This document shows positions 58,092 to 64,000 of a stretch of DNA of 64,000 nucleotides, piece after piece; position 1 is the first letter of the stretch, and each line of letters opens with the position of its first letter. The position numbers were made by a program, and so were the translations under genes. Source of the stretch: Squalus acanthias (lineage: Eukaryota). The stretch lies in NCBI GenBank assembly GCA_030390025.1, contig CM059431.1, forward strand, positions 97,466,001 through 97,530,000. The letters run 5' to 3'. The notes under the pieces are model-generated. The model made no database searches and had not been told where the DNA came from. It was given only the letters and a program-made list of their open reading frames with translations.

Positions 58092-60629
58092 TCTGAGTCA
58101 GAAGGTTGTGGGTTCAAGTCCCACTCCAGAAACTTGAGCACAAAAATCTAGGCTGGCACTCCAGTGCAGTGCTGAGGGAGCGCTGCACTGTCGGAGGTGC
58201 CATCTTTCGGATGAGACGTTAAACCGAGGCCCCGTCTGCTCTCTAAGATCGCATGGATGAACTACAGAATTTGTTCATCCCTGATTGGCATAAAAATAAA
58301 ACAAAAAAGGTGACTCAACCGTGGCTAACAAGGGAAATTAGGGATAGCATAAGATCCAAGGAGAGGACATATAATTTGGCCAGAAAAAGCAGCAAACCTG
58401 AGGATTGGGAGCAGTTTAGGATTCAACAAAGGAGGACAAAGGGATTAATTAAGAGGGGGGAAATAGATTATGAGAGTAAGCTTGCAGGGAACATAAAAAC
58501 TGACTGTAAAAGCTTCTATAGATATGTGAAGAGAAAAAGATTGGTGAAGTCAAGCGTAGGTCCCTTGCAGTCAGAATCAGGGGAATTTATAATGGGGAAC
58601 AAAGAAATGGTAGACCAATTAAATACATACTTTGGTTCTGTCTTCACAAAGGAGGACTCAAGTAACCTCCCAGAGATGTCGGGGAACATAGGGTCTAATG
58701 AGTGGGAGGAATTGAATTAAATCAGTATTTGTAGGGAAATGGTGTCAGGGAAATTGACGGGATTGAAGGCCGATAAATCCCCAGGGCCTGATAATCTACA
58801 TCCTAGGGTACTTAAGGAAGTGGCCCTAGAAATAGTAGATGCATTGCTGGTCATCTTCCAAAATTCTATAGACTCTGGAACAGTTCCCATGGATTGGAGG
58901 ATAGCTAATGTAACCCCACTATTTAAAAAAGGTGGTAGAGAGAAAACGGGGAAGTCTGACATTGGTAGTGGGGAAAATGCTAGAGTCCATTATAAAAGAT
59001 GTAATAGCAGAGCACTTGGAAAACAGTGACAGGATCGGACAAAGTCAACATGGATTTACAAAAGGTAAACCATGCCTGACTAATCTACTGGAATTTTTTG
59101 AGGATGTAACTGGTAGAATAGATAAGGGAGAACCAGTGGATGTGGTGTATTTGGACTTTCAGAAGGCTTTCGATAAGGTCCCGCATAAGAGATTAGCATG
59201 CAAAGTTAAAGCACATGGGATTGGGGGTAAGGTACTGTCTTGGATAGAGAACTGGTTGGCAGACAGGAAGCAAAGAGTTGGAATAAACGGGTCTTTTTCC
59301 GAGTGGCAGGCAGTGACTAGTGGGGTACTGCAGGGATCAGTGCTAGGACCCCAGCTATTCACAATATATATAAATGATCTAGACGAGGGAACTAGATGTA
59401 ATATCTCCAAGTTTGCAGATGACACAAAGCTGGGTGGGCGTGTGTGCTGTGAGGAGGATGCAGAGAAACTCCAGTATGATTTGGACAGGTTGGGTGATTG
59501 GGCAGATGCATGGCAAATGCAGTATAATGTGGATAAATGCAAGGTTATCCACTTCGGTGGCAAAAACAGGAAGACAGATTATTATCTGAACGGCAATAGA
59601 TTGGGAAAAGGGGAAGTGCAACGAGACCTGGGTGTCCTTGTGCACCAGTCGCTGAAGGTAAGCATGCAGGTGCAGCAGGCGGTTAAGAAGGCAAATGATA
59701 TGTTGGCCTTCATAGCGAGAGGATTCGAGTACAGGAGCAAGATGTCTGTTGTACAGGGCCTTGGTGAGACCACACCTTGAGTATTGTGTGCAGTTTTGGT
59801 CACCTTATCTGAGGAAGGATGTTCTTGCCATGGAGAGAGTGCAACGAAGATTCACCAGACTGATACCTGGGATGGCAGGAATGATGTATGAGGAGAGATT
59901 GGGTCGATTAGGCTTATATTTGCTGGAGTTTAGAAGAATGAGAGGGGATCTCATTGAAACTTATAAAATTCTAACAGGTCTAGACAGACTAGATGCAGGA
60001 AGGATGTTCCCAATGGCGGGGGAGTCCAGAACCAGGGGTCACAGTCTAAGGATAAGGGGTAAACCATTTAGGACTGAGATGAGGAGGAATTTCTTCACCC
60101 AGAGAGTGGTGAACCTGTGGAATTCTCTACCACACAAGGCAGTTGAGGCCAATTCATTAAATAAATTCAAGAAGGAGTTAGATATATTTCTTAAGGCTAA
60201 AGGGATCAAGGGATATGGGGAGAAAGCAGGGACAGGTTACTGAATTTGGATGATCAGCCATGATCTCATTAAATGGCGGAACAGGCTCGAGGGGCCGAAT
60301 GGCCTACTCCTGCTCCTATCTTCTATGTTTCTATGTTTCTATGACGTAAAAGATCCCATGGCACTATTTTGAAGAAGAGCAGGGGAGTTCTCCCCGGTGT
60401 CCTGGCCAATATTTATCCCTCAACCAACATCATAAAAACAGATTATCTGGTCATTATCACATTGCTGTTTGTGGGAGCTTGCTGTGTGCAGATTGGCTGC
60501 CGCGTTTCCTACATTACAACAGTGACTACACTTCAAAAGTACTTCATTGGCTGTAAAGCGCTTTGGGACATCCTGAAGTTGTGAAAGGCGCTATAGAAAT
60601 GCAAGTCTTTCTTTCTTTTTCTTTCTTTC
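58092..60629 (+). mobile_element. SacSINE1-like DeuSINE split by a CR1 (58092-58245 and 60344-60629)
   Basis: The halves rejoin at CCCCGTCTGCTCTC.../ACGTAAAAGATCCC. Confidence 0.82.
58246..60343 (+). mobile_element. 5'-truncated CR1
   Basis: Four frame-shifted ORF2 pieces and a (TTCTATGT)n tail. Confidence 0.93.
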
Positions 60630-60663
60630 AGTACTAGTGCATTAGGATACTTTGTACAGTAAC

Positions 60664-61063
60664 ATACGAACAATGACGGACAGGTAAAGACCCTCTGGTC
60701 AATCGAACCTGTCCCCCACAATCGCGACACCTTGCGCATCACAACATCTCCCCACCCCACCCCAAACTGTGTGATCTCCTGGGAGAGGCAAAAGAAGATA
60801 AAAAAAAACCCCGGGCCAATTTGGGGAAAAAATCTGTGAAATTCCTCTCCGACCCATCTAGGCGATGGAAACTAGTCCAGGATATCACTCTGGCCCTGAA
60901 TTCCCTGCAGTACTCACCTTCTGTAAGAGGTGATCTCCGCCCCAGCCAGAAACAGGTCCAGCTCTCGCTTGAAGGATTTCAGCGAATCGGCATCCACCGC
61001 ACGAGTCGGCAGCCTGTGCCAGAGGTCCACGATTCTCTGGGAGAAGAACCATCTCAAGGGGAG
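60664..61063 (-). mobile_element. Divergent CR1 3' end with long 3' UTR
   Basis: RWFFSQRIVDLWHRLPTRAVDADSLKSFKRELDLFL on minus, flanked by a 34-bp direct repeat. Confidence 0.78.
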
Positions 61064-61334
61064 AGTACTAGTACATTAGGATACTTTGTACAGTAACCCA
61101 AGGACAATACAGAGAAATAAATAGAAGTTACAGCACGGAAAAAGCTCATTCAGCCCCAGCAGTCTGTGCTAACGTTTACCCTCCACATGTTCAAATCACA
61201 TTTACCCGCCCTGACCCCATATTCCTTCAACCTTTTTCCTTCCTCCCCTCTCCAATCTAATCTCGAATGTTGACGCAGTTTCTGCCTCAGCCACTGACCC
61301 AGGGAGTGAATTCCACAGCCTCACTACTCTAGTG

Positions 61335-61745
61335 CAACATCATCCACAGACACGGGGCAGGCTCCTACACATGCACACTGACCACGCCCAGCTCTACCTC
61401 TCCACCACCTCTCTCCACTGCCTCAGTTGTCCGACATCCAGTCCTGGATGAGCTCCAATTTCCTCCAGCTAAACACTGGGGAGGCCAAAGCCATTGTCAT
61501 CGGTCCCCGCCACAAACTCCGTGCTCTCGCCAATGACTCCATCCCCCTCACCAGCCTCTGCCTCAGACTGAACCAGAGTGTTTGCAATCTCGCCGTCCTA
61601 TTCAACCCGAGCTCTCTGCCAGTACCTTTGGTCACCCCCCCAACATCAGCTTTGTTGGCTCCATGTCCATTTACTTTTTTGATTACACATTTACAAAGTA
61701 CTTTGGGATGTTTTCCTACATTAAAGGTGCTATATAAATGTTATT
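61335..61745 (+). mobile_element. L2 LINE fragments
   Basis: SDIQSWMSSNFLQLNTG and an L2-type 3' terminus. Confidence 0.75.
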
Positions 61746-63799
61746 CCATAACCCTGCGTAGAATATCAGTGCATTCGGGTACTTGATACAGTAACCCATG
61801 GAGCACATTAGTATAGTAGAATACGAGAGTATTTGCATGGTTTATACCAGGAGGGAATACTGGTGCCTTAAGATTATTTAACCCTCAGACACTCTATTGT
61901 ATCTGCCTTGTTAAAAATGTTCTGATCTCAGTGTGTAACATGCAGTGTGTAAATAGAGAATGGCCATTCATCAGCGAGTGAATGAGCTCCCTAGAAGGAA
62001 ATAAATTCTACTTTCAGCAGCCTAAAGTGCCCAAGTTTTCCAAGTTAACTTGCATTGTGTTTTGGAGGGGGTGGGCTTCAGCTGTTCCATTGCAGAGCTC
62101 GAATGAGAGTCTGTAGCTTATCTTCAGAATGAAGCGATTCTTGAATCTGAAGTCTAATATTTTGGAAATGCTGTTTTGCTTTCTGTAAGTGGCAGTTTCC
62201 TGGGCTGAGGGTGAACGGGGCGATTTAATACAGAATAAAAGAGAAGGGGCAGGTTGTGTAAATAGGGAGGGTGAAAAACATTACTACTTGATGGTGAATG
62301 TATCTGGCCAGACTCTTTCTCCCTTTCTGTGCTTTACTCTAATTCAGAAGGCTGCACACAGCAAGTGCTGTACCACCCACAAGTGGATCTGTTCTACAGG
62401 CCCCAGCAGGTATCTATGAAAGGGGCTGAGTTTCATTGTGATGCCATTCTACAGCTCATTCATTGCTAACACATCACTGACCCACCCTGTGAATGAGATG
62501 ACTAATTAACAATTCCTAAACACGGTATTGTTACACTATCAATTGTATCACAAACTCAGCAAAACCCAACCCCTAATAATTGAGATCACCATTGAAGCGC
62601 GATGCTGGCCATTTGTACAGTTTTATGTATCTTGCACTAATCACTAAAGTCAGATAAAGCAGAAGGTTAATGGTGAGGTCAGAATCTGTCCCTATGTAAA
62701 ATCTGATAAGGGCGCAGCACATTATTGTTCTATATTCCTATCTCCTGGTCAAGACTAGGCAGTGGAGCAAGTCAATCTTAGCAGCCTTTGTAATACATCT
62801 CCCGGTGTAAAATATAAATGGTTCCTTTCACTGCCTATTCACATTTAAGTAAAGATGTAGTGGGGCCTTAGAATGTCCTGCTACAGCACACAGCTTCGCT
62901 TTTGTGCACCTGTCACTCCGAACACCAGATTTACGATGTCCAATTATAACTGTGGCCAGTTCAGCCTCTGCAATTACTCTCCAAGTTCGTTCTGATGGGG
63001 CTTGAATAGGTTATTCACGAGTTTGATTGTATATCTGAAACATTACACAAGCTGGCTGTATTTTTTCTGCTGTCTCCCTTTGTTTCAGGGTCAGTGCTTA
63101 AGATGTGAGTAACTCGCACTGCAACAGCTCACCAGATTGCAAAAAGTTTCCTCTCAAGCAGTTCTCCTGAGATGCTGCTGTTACTCGGGTGACGTTCCTG
63201 GAGGTAATATTACCGCCCAGTTCCATTACTTTGAAGCATTTTCTATAAAGGATTGAACACACAACTCTCAGCCTACTTAATTAATTCATCACTAAAAACA
63301 TTGTCATTCCAATTGTAATTCCTGGTCCTAGGGAACAAGCAGAGGTGGGATGTCCCTATCAGCAGCAGGCAGGGATTGTGTGTGGGTTTATCCCTGGAGT
63401 GATAAATCTGCAATATTAAGAGCTCTGTGATTTCCCCTATCACAGAAAGCCAGTAATGGGTGGGGTGAGGGTGACTATCAGAGCTCCGAGAAAGGAAGCA
63501 TCAGTTGGCAACCCCTGTTGCCCACCTCCTACTCTTTCTGAGCCTGTGCATTAGAGATAAAGCAATAAAAACCTGTCCTGCCCTTACCACTGCCAGAAAG
63601 AGCCAGCTTCCTGTCATACCAGTTGACGGACATGTAGCCCTCCCAAGTGTGGAGTGAGAGTCTCTGCTTCGTATCCCTGTCCGCAATTTCACTAAAAATA
63701 GCAAATGGGCAAAAATAGAACCCAAAAACCCCAATCAGTCAATGCTTACATATTTCAGTATTTTGCTGTTGGCTCAATAGCAGTAAACAGGACTCCAGG

Positions 63800-64000
63800 T
63801 GTCAGCCGTGGCTCAGTGGGTAGTACCCTCACCTCCGAGTTAGGAAAAGCATGGGTTCAAGTCCCACTCCAGAGACTTGAGCACATAATCCAGGCTGACA
63901 CTCCCACTGCAGTACTGAGGGAGCGCCGCACTGTCGGAGGGGCAGTACTGAGGGAGCGCCGCACTGTCTGAGAGGCAGTACTGAGGGCGCGCCGCACTGT
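63800..64000 (+). mobile_element. SacSINE1-like head running into the 33-bp minisatellite
   Basis: GTCAGCCGTGGCTCAGTGGGTAG head, then repeated GCAGTACTGAGGGAGCGCCGCACTGTC. Confidence 0.85.

Overview
Repeat-dense vertebrate genomic DNA, very probably from a shark or other cartilaginous fish (HE1-like V-SINE, SacSINE1-like DeuSINEs, esterase-ORF1 CR1 LINEs, hammerhead-bearing Penelope elements). I recognise no host protein-coding gene. The main content is two decayed endogenous retrovirus-like proviruses on the minus strand. Element A (about 3002-11912) has an LTR, PBS, gag, pro, RT, two RNase H domains, integrase and env. Element B (28456-35858) has both LTRs, a 4-bp TSD, a tRNA-Ser PBS, a PPT and a large internal deletion. 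Their envelopes are clearly homologous, lack any gamma-type TM motif I can see, and fit the Mononegavirales-fusion-protein-like (lokiretrovirus-type) envelope. Removing a CR1 insertion from env A restores a frame carrying an immunoglobulin-like motif (DAGIYVC). Element B pairs this envelope with class-I-like RNase H and integrase remnants, PPxY and PSAP late domains, and env splice signals. The rest is a near full-length CR1, many CR1/L2 fragments, two Penelope elements with minimal hammerhead ribozymes, Harbinger-type MITEs with a transposase remnant, solo LTRs, SINEs and minisatellites. All family assignments come from motif recognition by eye; no searches were run.
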